DNA from: a bacterium
Lineage (GTDB): Bacteria > Patescibacteriota > Minisyncoccia > Phycocordibacterales > JBBTRF01
Assembly: GCA_037130265.1 (NCBI GenBank)
Contig: JBAXTI010000001.1
Coordinates: forward strand, 394,377 to 458,376
Length of the DNA: 64,000 nucleotides
Direction: 5' to 3'
In this document: one piece after another, positions 39,165 to 48,094 of the stretch
How the letters are laid out: each line of letters begins with the position of its first letter
Numbering within the stretch: position 1 is the stretch's first letter
Made by a program: the position numbers and the translations under genes
Notes under the pieces: generated by a model
Seen by the model: only the letters and a program-made list of their open reading frames with translations
What the model was told of the DNA's origin: nothing
Database searches by the model: none

Positions 39165-40178
39165 TTACCGCTTCGTAATAATCGACTTCTTGTAGGTGTC
39201 GAGGTGTTCGAGAGCGATACCAGTACCTTTCGCCACACAATACAAAGCGTCTTTCGCGAGTACCGCCTTCACGCCAGTTCGGCGATATACGAGCTCGGGG
39301 AAATTGCGGAGCATGCTTGAACCGCCGGTCATCGTGATACCGTTGTCGATAATGTCGGCAGAAAGCTCCGGGGGCGTTTCCTGGAGCACATCCTTGATCG
39401 CCTTGATCATGTCGCGGAGCTCTTTGCCGATCGCTTTCACGATTTCGTTCGTCTTCACTTCGGCGGTTCGTGGCAGGCCAGTGATAAAATCACGACCCTT
39501 CACTACCATCACCAACTCTTCATCGAGCGGCACCGCGGAGCCAATGTTGATCTTGATATCTTCGGACATTTTGTCGCCAATGGAAAGATTGAAAGTCTTC
39601 TTCACGTAATCGGCGATAGCTGCGTCGATGCGATTGCCGGCACATTTCACGGAGGTCGAAGAGACAATACCGCCAAGCGAGATCACCGCAACGTCGGTCG
39701 TACCACCTCCAATATCCACCACCATGTGCCCTCGGGCTTCATAGATCGGAATGCCGGCGCCAATCGCCGCGAGAATCGGCTCCTTCACCACGTACGCATT
39801 TTTGGCGCCGGCCTTGATTGCCGCCTCGATCACCGCTCGTCGCTCAGTCGAAGTCACGCCCGCTGGCACAGAGATCATCACTTCCGGCTTGAGCAAGTTC
39901 CACTTTCCTAGCGCCTTGTTCATATAGTAGCGAAGCATCGCTTCAGTGACGCGATAGTCCGCGATCACTCCATCCTTCATCGGACGATACGCAATGATGT
40001 TGTCGGGAGTACGACCAATCATAGCTTTTGCTTCGAGGCCCACCGCGAGAATGCGATTGTCCTGCTCAGATACCGCCACCACCGACGGCTCATTGAGCAC
40101 AATCCCCTTCCCAGGCAAAAAAACGAGCGTGTTCGCCGTACCCAGGTCGATACCGATTTTCTTCGTGAAAAGCGCCAT
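39165..40178 (-). CDS. mreB: Actin-like protein MreB/Mbl (copy 2)
   Basis: IGIDLGTANT, RPMKDGVIAD, DIGGGTTD, ETPPELSAD. Confidence 0.95.
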   Translation of the reverse strand: MALFTKKIGIDLGTANTLVFLPGKGIVLNEPSVVAVSEQDNRILAVGLEAKAMIGRTPDNIIAYRPMKDGVIADYRVTEAMLRYYMNKALGKWNLLKPEVMISVPAGVTSTERRAVIEAAIKAGAKNAYVVKEPILAAIGAGIPIYEARGHMVVDIGGGTTDVAVISLGGIVSSTSVKCAGNRIDAAIADYVKKTFNLSIGDKMSEDIKINIGSAVPLDEELVMVVKGRDFITGLPRTAEVKTNEIVKAIGKELRDMIKAIKDVLQETPPELSADIIDNGITMTGGSSMLRNFPELVYRRTGVKAVLAKDALYCVAKGTGIALEHLDTYKKSIITKR

Positions 40179-40234
40179 AACGTGCCGTTATCATACGCCG
40201 AGCGAGAGCATTCGGCAACTTGACGAGTTTTCCT

Positions 40235-41578
40235 TTATTTCTCTCGTCGAATTGTGGCGCCGAGCGCAGCGAGGCGCTCCTCAAGCTTCTCGTACCCGCG
40301 ATCGATGTAATACACATTCTGGATCACTGAAGTGCCTTTTGCCGCCAATGCCGCCATCACCACAGCAAAACCAGCACGAATATCGTGTGCCTGTAGAGGC
40401 TCGTCCTTGCCAAGTGCGATCAGCTTTTTTGCGTTCCCGTTATGTTGAGTGCTGCCATTTTCGCTACCAAACCCTCGCACCAACACCTCGCGCGGATTCA
40501 TCTCGGTGATTTCCGCACCCATGCGAATCAGGTCCTGCACATATTTAAATCGGCCTTCGAAAATTGTCTCAAACATGATCCCTTCGCCATTCGTATGTGT
40601 CAAAAAAGCGACCATCTGCGGCTGAAGGTCTGTCGGAAAACCTGGATATTCATGAGTGCGCACACTAAAGCTAGAAACATCGGCCCATTTCGTTTTCGCG
40701 TTGCCTTTGATATGAATTGAGTCTTTGCCGATCGTCAGAGGCACACCGGCATTTCGCAAAGCGGAAGTGACCGACTCGAGATGGAGCGGATTACACTGCT
40801 CAATAAGCAGATCGTCCGCACACAATGCACCAAGTAACAAGAAACTTCCTGCCTCGATACGGTCTGGAATTGTGTGATATTTTTTGCCGCCAGACTTGAG
40901 CAACCCTCCACCGACGATCGTCATGGTCGGAGAGCCGATGCCAGAAATATTGGCGCCGCACTGCACCAAAAATTCCGCGAGACTCACGATCTCCGGCTCC
41001 ATCGCGCAGTTCTTCAACACTGTCGTACCTTTCGCCAAAACAGCAGCCATCATCATGGTCTCGGTACCACCGACCGTCTGCAAAGCGAAGAAGATTTCTG
41101 CTCCTGAAAGCTTTCCATCGATCGAGTAATGATCACCTTTCACCACCACTTTGGCCCCAAGCTTTTTGTACGCATCGACATAGAGGTCAATTGGCCGTGC
41201 ACCAATCACACAGCCGCCAGGAACATTGAAAGACACCTTGCCGAACCGCGCGAGCAAAGGACCGGTGAGCATTACTGAGCCGCGCATCGCTTTCGTAGTC
41301 TCATGATCGAGGTCGGTCGAGACTATCGTTGATGCATTGATGCGGATTTCTTTCTTCGCCGCGTCAGTCGACACCTCTGCACCTGCCAATCGGAGCAAAT
41401 GCGCGAGCTTCTTCACGTCTTCAGTGTCTGGAGCATTGGCAATCACCAATTCATCGCTAAAAAGTACGCTGGCCGCCATCGCCTTGAGCACGGCATTTTT
41501 GGCACCATTGATCTGCACCTTGCCTTTCAGTGCCTTTTTTCCCGCCAATCCTTCAATAATGAGTCTGTCAGTATGCAT
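40235..41578 (-). CDS. murA: UDP-N-acetylglucosamine 1-carboxyvinyltransferase
   Basis: GAKNAVL, PGGCVIGARP, PDRIEAGS, YPGFPTDLQ, IDRGYE. Confidence 0.97.
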   Translation of the reverse strand: MHTDRLIIEGLAGKKALKGKVQINGAKNAVLKAMAASVLFSDELVIANAPDTEDVKKLAHLLRLAGAEVSTDAAKKEIRINASTIVSTDLDHETTKAMRGSVMLTGPLLARFGKVSFNVPGGCVIGARPIDLYVDAYKKLGAKVVVKGDHYSIDGKLSGAEIFFALQTVGGTETMMMAAVLAKGTTVLKNCAMEPEIVSLAEFLVQCGANISGIGSPTMTIVGGGLLKSGGKKYHTIPDRIEAGSFLLLGALCADDLLIEQCNPLHLESVTSALRNAGVPLTIGKDSIHIKGNAKTKWADVSSFSVRTHEYPGFPTDLQPQMVAFLTHTNGEGIMFETIFEGRFKYVQDLIRMGAEITEMNPREVLVRGFGSENGSTQHNGNAKKLIALGKDEPLQAHDIRAGFAVVMAALAAKGTSVIQNVYYIDRGYEKLEERLAALGATIRREK

Positions 41579-41666
41579 TGCCAGATTGTAAGGCCAAATC
41601 GCACACTTGTGAAGCGCAGCTGTCGCGGAACTTCCTTTTTGTCGATGCAACAGCTACTATAGAAGT

Positions 41667-43568
41667 GTGCAGATTATCCACGTCATCCCCTTCGCCAAAG
41701 GCCTTGGCCGAGAGACCCTTTCATACTTCAGTGCCGAGCCAATCACCGTCGGCTCAATCGTCGAAGTACCCATCAACAAGCGCGCCGTGTCGGGCATGGT
41801 GGTCTCATGTGAAAGTGCCGAGCATCTAAAATCGGAAATCAAATCCGCCACTTTTGAGTTGAAAAAACTGTCGTCGACTAAAAGCGCACCCTTTTTCCTA
41901 CCGGAATTCATCGAAGCCGCAAAGCATGCAGGTACGTACTTCGCTGCCACGACGGGTGCCGTATTGAGCGCGACTATTCCGAAGGCACTCACTGAAAACC
42001 TCTCCGACTTCCCCATCACCCACACGGATCGTCGCCAGCAGCCGCTCCACGAAGCATTTATCTTGCAAACCGACGAGGAGGAGCGCTTCGGTCATTACAA
42101 AAGCTTGATCCGCGAAACCTTTGCCCGCAAAGGTTCGGTCTTCTTCTGCTTGCCGACGGTTCACGACATTCACGCTGTCGCTAAAAAGCTGGAGAAAGGC
42201 ATCGAAGAGTACACCTTTGTCCTACACGGATCGCTCGCGAAAAAAGAGCTCGTGCTACGCTGCAAAAAACTCCTCGCCACCGACCATCCGGTACTCATTA
42301 TCGCCACCGGACCATTTATGTCGCTTCCGCGAAAAGATATTGGCGCAATCATTGTGGAAAAGGAAAGCTCTCGTTCATACAAAACTCAGCAGCGGCCGTA
42401 CCTAGACATCCGCACCTTTGCGGAATATTTCGCAAAACAAATGCGCGCAAAGATCGTCTTTGGCGACATCTTTTTGCAGACCGAAACCGTGCATCGACAT
42501 CAGAACGGCGAATTCCAAGAATTGTATCCGATCAAATTTCGCTCCCTCACTACCAGCGAGTCTTTTGTTGCCGACCTGCGCCGATACAAGACAGAAGTGC
42601 CTGCCAACGGCATTGCAAAAAAATATCAGATCATTAGCGACGAATTTGCCGAGTTGGTGCGGACAAATCAGCGCAACAACGAACACCTTTTTGTATTTGT
42701 GGCACGCAAAGGCCTGTCACCCACCACCATCTGCGGCGATTGCGGGACCATTGTGGTCTGCCGTGAGTGTCAAAGTCCTGTGGTGTTGCATGCATCAAAA
42801 AACGGCCCCTTCTTTTTGTGTCACAAGTGCGGAGAGCGACGTTCAGCCGAAGAACGCTGCACGAACTGCGACAGCTGGAAGCTAGTGACCCTTGGTGCCG
42901 GTACGGAAAAGATTGAGGAGGAGATCCGCAAAATCGTCCCGGATGCACATATTTTTTCACTCAATCGGGACGCCATCAAGACACACAAACAGGGTGCGAA
43001 AATCGCTGCTGAATTTTATGATACTCCTGGCAGCATTTTGATCGGTACAGAGATGGCACTCTTGTATTTGGATGCACCAGTAGAAAACAGCGCAATCGCC
43101 TCTATCGACTCTTTGTTTTCTATTCCGGACTTCAAGATCAGCGAAAAAGTACTGAGCATTTTACTTCACATCCGCTCATGTACTCAGAAAATGCTCCTCC
43201 TCCAAACGCGCACACCAGACCAGCCGCTCTTCGGCTACGCACTAAAAGGCAACATTCTCGACTTCTATCGCGAAGAAGTCGCATTGCGCAACATGTTTCG
43301 CTATCCACCCTTCAGCACACTCATCAAGCTATCCATCGAAGGCAAGAAGGATGACATCGTCGCCGAAATGGGCCGGACAAAGGCCGTGTTCGCCGATCAA
43401 GAGATGGATGTCTTTCCTTCGTTTGTGAAAGGCAAAAATGGCACTTCAATCCTACACGCCCTCATCAAGGTACCGAAAAAAGAGTGGCCAAATGCCGAGC
43501 TTTTTGGACGTTTCCAGAGCCTGTCGCCACGTTGGACGATCAAGGTGGATCCGGATAGCTTGCTGTAG
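41667..43568 (-). CDS. placeholder-free note: see plus-strand PriA entry
   Basis: Antisense ORFs over this interval are shadows of priA; not called as genes. Confidence 0.05.
41667..43568 (+). CDS. priA: Primosomal protein N' (PriA), helicase motifs degenerate
   Basis: N-terminal LSY..GSIVEVP; four CxxC pairs; GTEKIEE; YPPFS; C-terminal VDP; no Walker A or DEAH. Confidence 0.88.
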   Translation: MQIIHVIPFAKGLGRETLSYFSAEPITVGSIVEVPINKRAVSGMVVSCESAEHLKSEIKSATFELKKLSSTKSAPFFLPEFIEAAKHAGTYFAATTGAVLSATIPKALTENLSDFPITHTDRRQQPLHEAFILQTDEEERFGHYKSLIRETFARKGSVFFCLPTVHDIHAVAKKLEKGIEEYTFVLHGSLAKKELVLRCKKLLATDHPVLIIATGPFMSLPRKDIGAIIVEKESSRSYKTQQRPYLDIRTFAEYFAKQMRAKIVFGDIFLQTETVHRHQNGEFQELYPIKFRSLTTSESFVADLRRYKTEVPANGIAKKYQIISDEFAELVRTNQRNNEHLFVFVARKGLSPTTICGDCGTIVVCRECQSPVVLHASKNGPFFLCHKCGERRSAEERCTNCDSWKLVTLGAGTEKIEEEIRKIVPDAHIFSLNRDAIKTHKQGAKIAAEFYDTPGSILIGTEMALLYLDAPVENSAIASIDSLFSIPDFKISEKVLSILLHIRSCTQKMLLLQTRTPDQPLFGYALKGNILDFYREEVALRNMFRYPPFSTLIKLSIEGKKDDIVAEMGRTKAVFADQEMDVFPSFVKGKNGTSILHALIKVPKKEWPNAELFGRFQSLSPRWTIKVDPDSLL

Positions 43569-43577
43569 TAGCAGCTA

Positions 43578-43605
43578 TTGACAGCTGTGGCCATTGTGCT
43601 ATACT
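43578..43605 (+). promoter_or_regulatory. Strong sigma70 promoter with extended -10
   Basis: TTGACA-16 bp-TATACT with TG at 43597-98. Confidence 0.75.
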
Positions 43606-43611
43606 AACCTC

Positions 43612-43898
43612 AGTTCGAAAATACAGCTTTGGTGTCTCGGCCAACAGCCGCGCTCTCTCGTCTCCCCCACCCGGACAAGAGAATCACGCAGCTGAAGGAC
43701 CCGAGCCACCGTTCGTCCTGAACCTGCGACCTCGCAATTCTGGACACCAAGGCGGCGGGGAGCAAGGATGGCCCTCCTTCTCCCCGTCCGCCCCAGCTGC
43801 CCCAGCTCTTTCAGGTACCCCTTGTACCACCGATCACTCTTCATGATGTGATCACCCTTTCCCCCAGCGCAACCCTTGAGGATGCGCTGGTTTTTTTT
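43612..43898 (+). ncRNA. Putative ~285-nt structured non-coding RNA of unknown family
   Basis: Bounded by promoter and terminator (CCAGCGCA..TGCGCTGG-T8); stems 43629-36/43743-50 and 43751-92; no start-bearing ORF over 30 aa on this strand. Confidence 0.5.
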
Positions 43899-43922
43899 GA
43901 CAAAATCGGCTAGTATGTGGCA

Positions 43923-44447
43923 ATGAAGCCGATACTCCAAAAGGAGGCTCCTGTCCTCCGCCAACATGCCAAACCGGTGCCCTTGAAGGACATCGGCGGC
44001 GTTCGTTTGAATGCCATTTTAAAAGACATGCGCGAGGCACTTGCAAAGGAGGCCGATGGTGTCGGTTTGGCCGCACCACAAATCGGCGTCCCTTTGCGCA
44101 TTTTCATCATCTCCGACATTGTCTTTTCTTCGGACCGCGTAGGGGCAAACGGCACGCCACAACTCACCTATATCAACCCTGAGATTGTCTCCACTTCGAA
44201 AGACAAGAAGCAAATGGAGGAAGGATGTTTGAGCGTTCGACCATTGTTTGGGAAAGTGCGTCGCGCGTCAAAGGCTACTATTCGAGCATACGACGAGCAC
44301 GGCAACGCATTTGAGCGTGGCGGCAGCGGTCTTTTGGCACAGATATTTCAACACGAAGTCGACCACCTCGACGGCATTTTGTTCACCGACAAAGCGAAAG
44401 ATGTCCGTGAGATGCCTGTACCAGAGCAGGTTGACGCAAAAAAATAA
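43923..44447 (+). CDS. def: Peptide deformylase
   Basis: GVGLAAPQIG, EGCLS, QHEVDHLDG. Confidence 0.98.
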   Translation: MKPILQKEAPVLRQHAKPVPLKDIGGVRLNAILKDMREALAKEADGVGLAAPQIGVPLRIFIISDIVFSSDRVGANGTPQLTYINPEIVSTSKDKKQMEEGCLSVRPLFGKVRRASKATIRAYDEHGNAFERGGSGLLAQIFQHEVDHLDGILFTDKAKDVREMPVPEQVDAKK

Positions 44448-44448
44448 C

Positions 44449-45384
44449 ATGAGTCTTGCCGCCCCCAAAGCAACATCAATATCAGGTGCGTCCCCAAAAT
44501 TACATATTGCTTTTTTTGGCACGCCTGAATTTGCCGTCGATATTTTGAATGAATTGGAAATAGCCGGATTCGCACCGGCGCTCATCGTGACCAACCCGGA
44601 CAAGCCAAAGGGTCGCAAACTCGTCCTCACTCCGCCTCCGACCAAAGTGTGGGCAGACAAGCGTGCTATCAAAGTCGCCCAACCAGACACCTTGCGAGAC
44701 GGAAAGCTCCTCCAAGAACTCCGCAAGGAACGCTGGGATTTGTTCATTGTCGCGGCATACGGCAAGATTATTCCGAAGGAGTATATCGACCTCCCTCTCC
44801 ATCGCACACTGAATGTGCATCCGTCTCTCCTGCCAAAATTTCGCGGTGCGTCGCCGATCCAGTCGGCCATAATCGCGGATGAAAAGCACACCGGCGTGTC
44901 CATCATGGTACTCGATGAAGAAATGGATCATGGACCGATCCTTGGACAAGAGTCGCACGTGGTGAGAGATTGGCCAAAAGTGGACGAACTCGAACGCGCG
45001 CTCGCGCAAAAAGGCGGAGCCTTGCTCGCGCGCCTCATCCCTCAGTGGATCGACCGCACCATCGAAGCCGTGCCACAAGAACATCATCTCGCCACCTACA
45101 CAAAGAAAATCGCCAAGACCGACGGCCTGATCGACCTCGAAACGGTCGCGAGCGACCCCTACGCAGCATTTCGAAAGATCCAAGCTTTCGCCGGCTGGCC
45201 AGGAGCGTATTTTATGGAGCCGAACGCCACGACCGACACAGAATCGAATGCAAAGGTGGGCGCTAAGCGTGTCATCATCAGCGACGCCACATTTGCAAAC
45301 AATGAGCTCACCATCAACAAAGTGATTCCCGAGGGAAAGAAGGAAATGACGTACGCTGCGTACCGAACGCAAAAAAGCGTGTAG
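44449..45384 (+). CDS. fmt: Methionyl-tRNA formyltransferase
   Basis: FFGTPEFA, VAAYGKII, NVHPSLLPKFRGASPIQ, MDHGPI. Confidence 0.97.
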   Translation: MSLAAPKATSISGASPKLHIAFFGTPEFAVDILNELEIAGFAPALIVTNPDKPKGRKLVLTPPPTKVWADKRAIKVAQPDTLRDGKLLQELRKERWDLFIVAAYGKIIPKEYIDLPLHRTLNVHPSLLPKFRGASPIQSAIIADEKHTGVSIMVLDEEMDHGPILGQESHVVRDWPKVDELERALAQKGGALLARLIPQWIDRTIEAVPQEHHLATYTKKIAKTDGLIDLETVASDPYAAFRKIQAFAGWPGAYFMEPNATTDTESNAKVGAKRVIISDATFANNELTINKVIPEGKKEMTYAAYRTQKSV

Positions 45385-45410
45385 CGATTTCTCGCTACGC
45401 GCTTTTTTGC
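45369..45410. terminator. Bidirectional terminator between fmt and hpf
   Basis: GCAAAAAAGCGTGTAGCGA-TTTC-TCGCTACGCGCTTTTTTGC. Confidence 0.8.
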
Positions 45411-45435
45411 GGGCCTACTGCCCCACCTACCGAAA

Positions 45436-45810
45436 TTAGCCTCGTCGAAAACCTTTCAACATATCCTTAATCTTCTGACCACCGCGGCGCAATCGGCTCT
45501 GCTGCTTTCCCTTCTTTGAGACAATACTTCGGGTGATTTCGTCTTTCACCGCATCGATGGCCGCATATAGGTCTGCATGCATTTCTTCCGCTCGCAAATG
45601 CATGTCCCCCGCATGAAGATTTACTTCCGTACGAAATTGCGCGTCACCTGCCTTGTGGTGGTGCGTGGTGACCTCGATCTCAACATCAGCTCGTGCTGCG
45701 TCTCGGTGCGCCTCATCAATGAGCTTTTCCACATTGCCGATCTTCTTCTCAACATACTCGAGGATTGCCGGAGTGAGCGTGGTGTTGGTCGCTTTAGTGG
45801 TGATACGCAT
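45436..45810 (-). CDS. raiA: Ribosome hibernation factor (HPF/RaiA)
   Basis: LTPAILEYVEKKI, HHHKAGD, DLYAAIDAVKDE. Confidence 0.9.
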   Translation of the reverse strand: MRITTKATNTTLTPAILEYVEKKIGNVEKLIDEAHRDAARADVEIEVTTHHHKAGDAQFRTEVNLHAGDMHLRAEEMHADLYAAIDAVKDEITRSIVSKKGKQQSRLRRGGQKIKDMLKGFRRG

Positions 45811-45917
45811 GTTGGTGTGAGATTAGTGAATATGACTGAGAGGCTCGAACGGTGCTTTTCCTTACCCCCTCATTTTATCAGATTGGGGAGCACATCTCAA
45901 TACCAACAAGTAGTCCC

Positions 45918-46145
45918 TCAATCCCCAATATCGACACTCAGAATTTTCGACGGTGAATGATGTCCGGAGTTCATCCGCACCTTGCCTATCGGAAGCTTGA
46001 AGTGCCTTGCCACGAGCTCCAGCACCCGACCATTCGCTAGGTTGCGTTCAGCCGGCTCGCGCACCGAGATCGTGAAATGATCCTTGGTCTTTTGGGCGAG
46101 TTTCTCCACTTTGGCATCGGGAGTGACGCGGATCTTTATATACAT
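45918..46145 (-). CDS. DUF167 (YggU) family protein
   Basis: IRVTPDAK, VREPAERNLAN, GHHSPSK. Confidence 0.9.
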   Translation of the reverse strand: MYIKIRVTPDAKVEKLAQKTKDHFTISVREPAERNLANGRVLELVARHFKLPIGKVRMNSGHHSPSKILSVDIGD

Positions 46146-46167
46146 CGCCCTACAATACTACAACATC

Positions 46168-46196
46168 TTGACCATATTTTTGAGTTGGAATATACT
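46168..46196 (+). promoter_or_regulatory. sigma70 promoter for sRNA
   Basis: TTGACC-17 bp-TATACT with no + strand CDS downstream. Confidence 0.7.
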
Positions 46197-46202
46197 TATC
46201 TC

Positions 46203-46289
46203 AAGCGTTTGGAGGGTTCGCCCTCTCACGGCACTAAGCTGTAACCAAACGCCAACAAAGGACATCGCCGACGCGGTGTTTTTTGTTGG
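46203..46289 (+). ncRNA. Putative ~85-nt three-way-junction sRNA with intrinsic terminator
   Basis: GCGTTTGG/CCAAACGC closing stem, GAGGG-TTCG-CCCTC, ACGGC-ACTAA-GCTGT, then ACATCGC-CGAC-GCGGTGT-TTTTT. Confidence 0.6.
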
Positions 46290-46294
46290 TGCAT

Positions 46295-46768
46295 CTAAAG
46301 ATTCTCAAGAAAATCTTTGTCGTGAAAGGTCCTCTCCCGCGTACTCGAGTTGGTACTCCAAAACGGAATAATGCTCCAGAAGAACTTTTCACCATCTTCT
46401 ATTTGTTTCACTAGTATCTTTACTCTAAACTGGTCGACGATTGCAATAAATTCAAAATAGCTTACTGATCTAAGGAACATCTCTGTCCTACTGTGAATTT
46501 TTACTCTTTCAAAAGCATTCGTACGTAGTAGACCTTGTAGCGTGCCTGATGCCCCGAGTATCTTGGGTGCAAAAGCAATGAGCTTGAAACGCATATACTG
46601 ATCTCCAAGATTTCGGGCCTTACCTCTTTGCTTAAACTTAAGATGTTCCAGACCTTGGGCATTAAATGACACCTTCTCCTTAAGATATGGGCAATACACC
46701 TGCCCTATGTTTTGATAGAACGCCTCACCTTTCTTTTTGATAGCTTCGAATTTGGATACATCTACCAT
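46295..46768 (-). CDS. Hypothetical basic protein, possible RelE/BECR-fold RNase
   Basis: VYCPYLKEKVSFNAQGLEHLKFK..R..DQYMRFKL...VKILVKQ..FFWSIIPFW; the fold call is inference. Confidence 0.65.
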   Translation of the reverse strand: MVDVSKFEAIKKKGEAFYQNIGQVYCPYLKEKVSFNAQGLEHLKFKQRGKARNLGDQYMRFKLIAFAPKILGASGTLQGLLRTNAFERVKIHSRTEMFLRSVSYFEFIAIVDQFRVKILVKQIEDGEKFFWSIIPFWSTNSSTRERTFHDKDFLENL

Positions 46769-46923
46769 GGAAGACAATTGTATCGAAGCGACGCAGCAAA
46801 AAGCCAGCGTTTTCTTTAGAACTTTTTTATCTCGCCCTCGACAGAACGACCTCTTCACTTTTCCAGCATTTCTGATAAGATAGCTCGCAGAAGCTCTTTT
46901 TGAAGCGCTCAGCAGCGCAATAT

Positions 46924-47296
46924 TCCGGGATAGCTCAGCGGTAGAGCAATCGCCTGTAAACCCACATTGCGTAAGCAACGGGTTCTTGCAGCTTCACGGC
47001 GAAAGCCGTGTCGAAAACGAGGTGAATTCGGTGAAACCCCCTAGCGGGGCAATACCGAGCCAAGCCGAGTTTGTTGGTGCGAAAATCGTACCAAGAATTC
47101 GGAAGGTGTAGAGACTATCCACTTAGTGGAGTACTTCTGAAAATATTCACGTTTGTGTATTTTCAGCGGGAAGCCCCTCGTCCCTTGATCCCTCTTCAGG
47201 AGGCACATCATGGGAATGATATAGTCCATCCCTTTTAGTAATAGAAGGAGCGATGTAAGCGATTGGTCGTTGGTTCGATCCCAACTCCCGGAGCCA
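46924..47296 (+). tRNA. tRNA-Asn(GUU) interrupted by a group I intron (exons 46924-46957 and 47256-47296)
   Basis: Spliced: TCCGGGA TA GCTC AGCGGTA GAGC A ATCGC CT GT^T AA GCGAT TGGTC GTTGG TTCGATC CCAAC TCCCGGA G CCA. Confidence 0.93.
46958..47255 (+). ncRNA. Group I self-splicing intron, 298 nt, no homing endonuclease ORF
   Basis: P1 CTGT^AA/TTGCAG with U.G at the 5' splice site; P2 CACGGC-GAAA-GCCGTG; P3 ACGAGG/CCTCGT; R GTAGAGACTA and S GATATAGTCC (P7); terminal G. Confidence 0.92.
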
Positions 47297-47590
47297 GTTA
47301 GGGTTATCAGCTAATTCTAGTACCAAATTGAACGGAGAAGCTATTGAAAAATATAGCTTTTTTCCGTTTACGGTAGGGTTCTGAAGAAGGTAACTCAAAA
47401 ATGCTCGTTTTCCTGCAACTTCAGAACTATTTTCAAAAATGCTCTTGGCCCTGCGCGCTACGGAGATGACTGTAGCAACAGTCGTTTGGTAATCATGGTC
47501 GGCTTTTGAGTGTTCAGAAAGTTCAATTTCCAAAGTCTGTATCTGGTCTTGATACTCTTGATGTTTCTTGTCATAGACATCCTTAGTAAT
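47297..47590 (-). pseudogene. C-terminal remnant of a large serine recombinase reading into the tRNA 3' end
   Basis: ITKDVYDKKHQEYQ..coiled coil..KRAFLSYLLQNPTVNGKKL..SPFNLV..NWLRELGSNQRP; catalytic N-terminus absent. Confidence 0.7.
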
Positions 47591-48054
47591 TCACCGCCCT
47601 CCACCAAATCTGTTGCTACCTGAAATTTATCACCCTTATACCTATGAACCGCCAGACTGACTAGGTAAGTATCTAGTCCGTATTCTGAAGCAAGTTTTTC
47701 TCTGATTTTATACTCCTTATTATGAATAAGTTTGTCTGCGCGTTTTTTCAGCGCCTCATAATCATCGATGATTCTACCGATCTCATAATTAAAGTAACTA
47801 TGTTCCGATGTTTCTTCTGACGTCCAAATATGCTCAGCCTTGTATTGTTCGTGTCGCTTATTTTCAATACGAATTACCCTTTTTAAGGCGCGCATGAATG
47901 ACCTGTTCCTTACCAAATCATCTACAAGTCTTAGTATTTTTCTCTGTCCTTGAGATATTTTTTTAGGATTAAGAAAAGGTAGTTCGTGATTTTCATCATT
48001 ATACTCAATAACCTCCTTTTTCTTTTTCTTAGAGTTTTCTTGAGCCTCGGTCAT
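47591..48054 (-). pseudogene. 3'-truncated hypothetical gene fused out of frame to the recombinase remnant
   Basis: ORF 47458-48054 runs into the recombinase sequence in another frame at about 47590 (deletion junction). Confidence 0.5.
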
Positions 48055-48094
48055 ATTCTTTACTTTACTTTACAGAGTAGTAAAATACAAGCAT

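Noticed and set aside
31802-40178. Two mreB paralogs
   Set aside because: Multiple MreB/Mbl copies are common in this group; both look ordinary.
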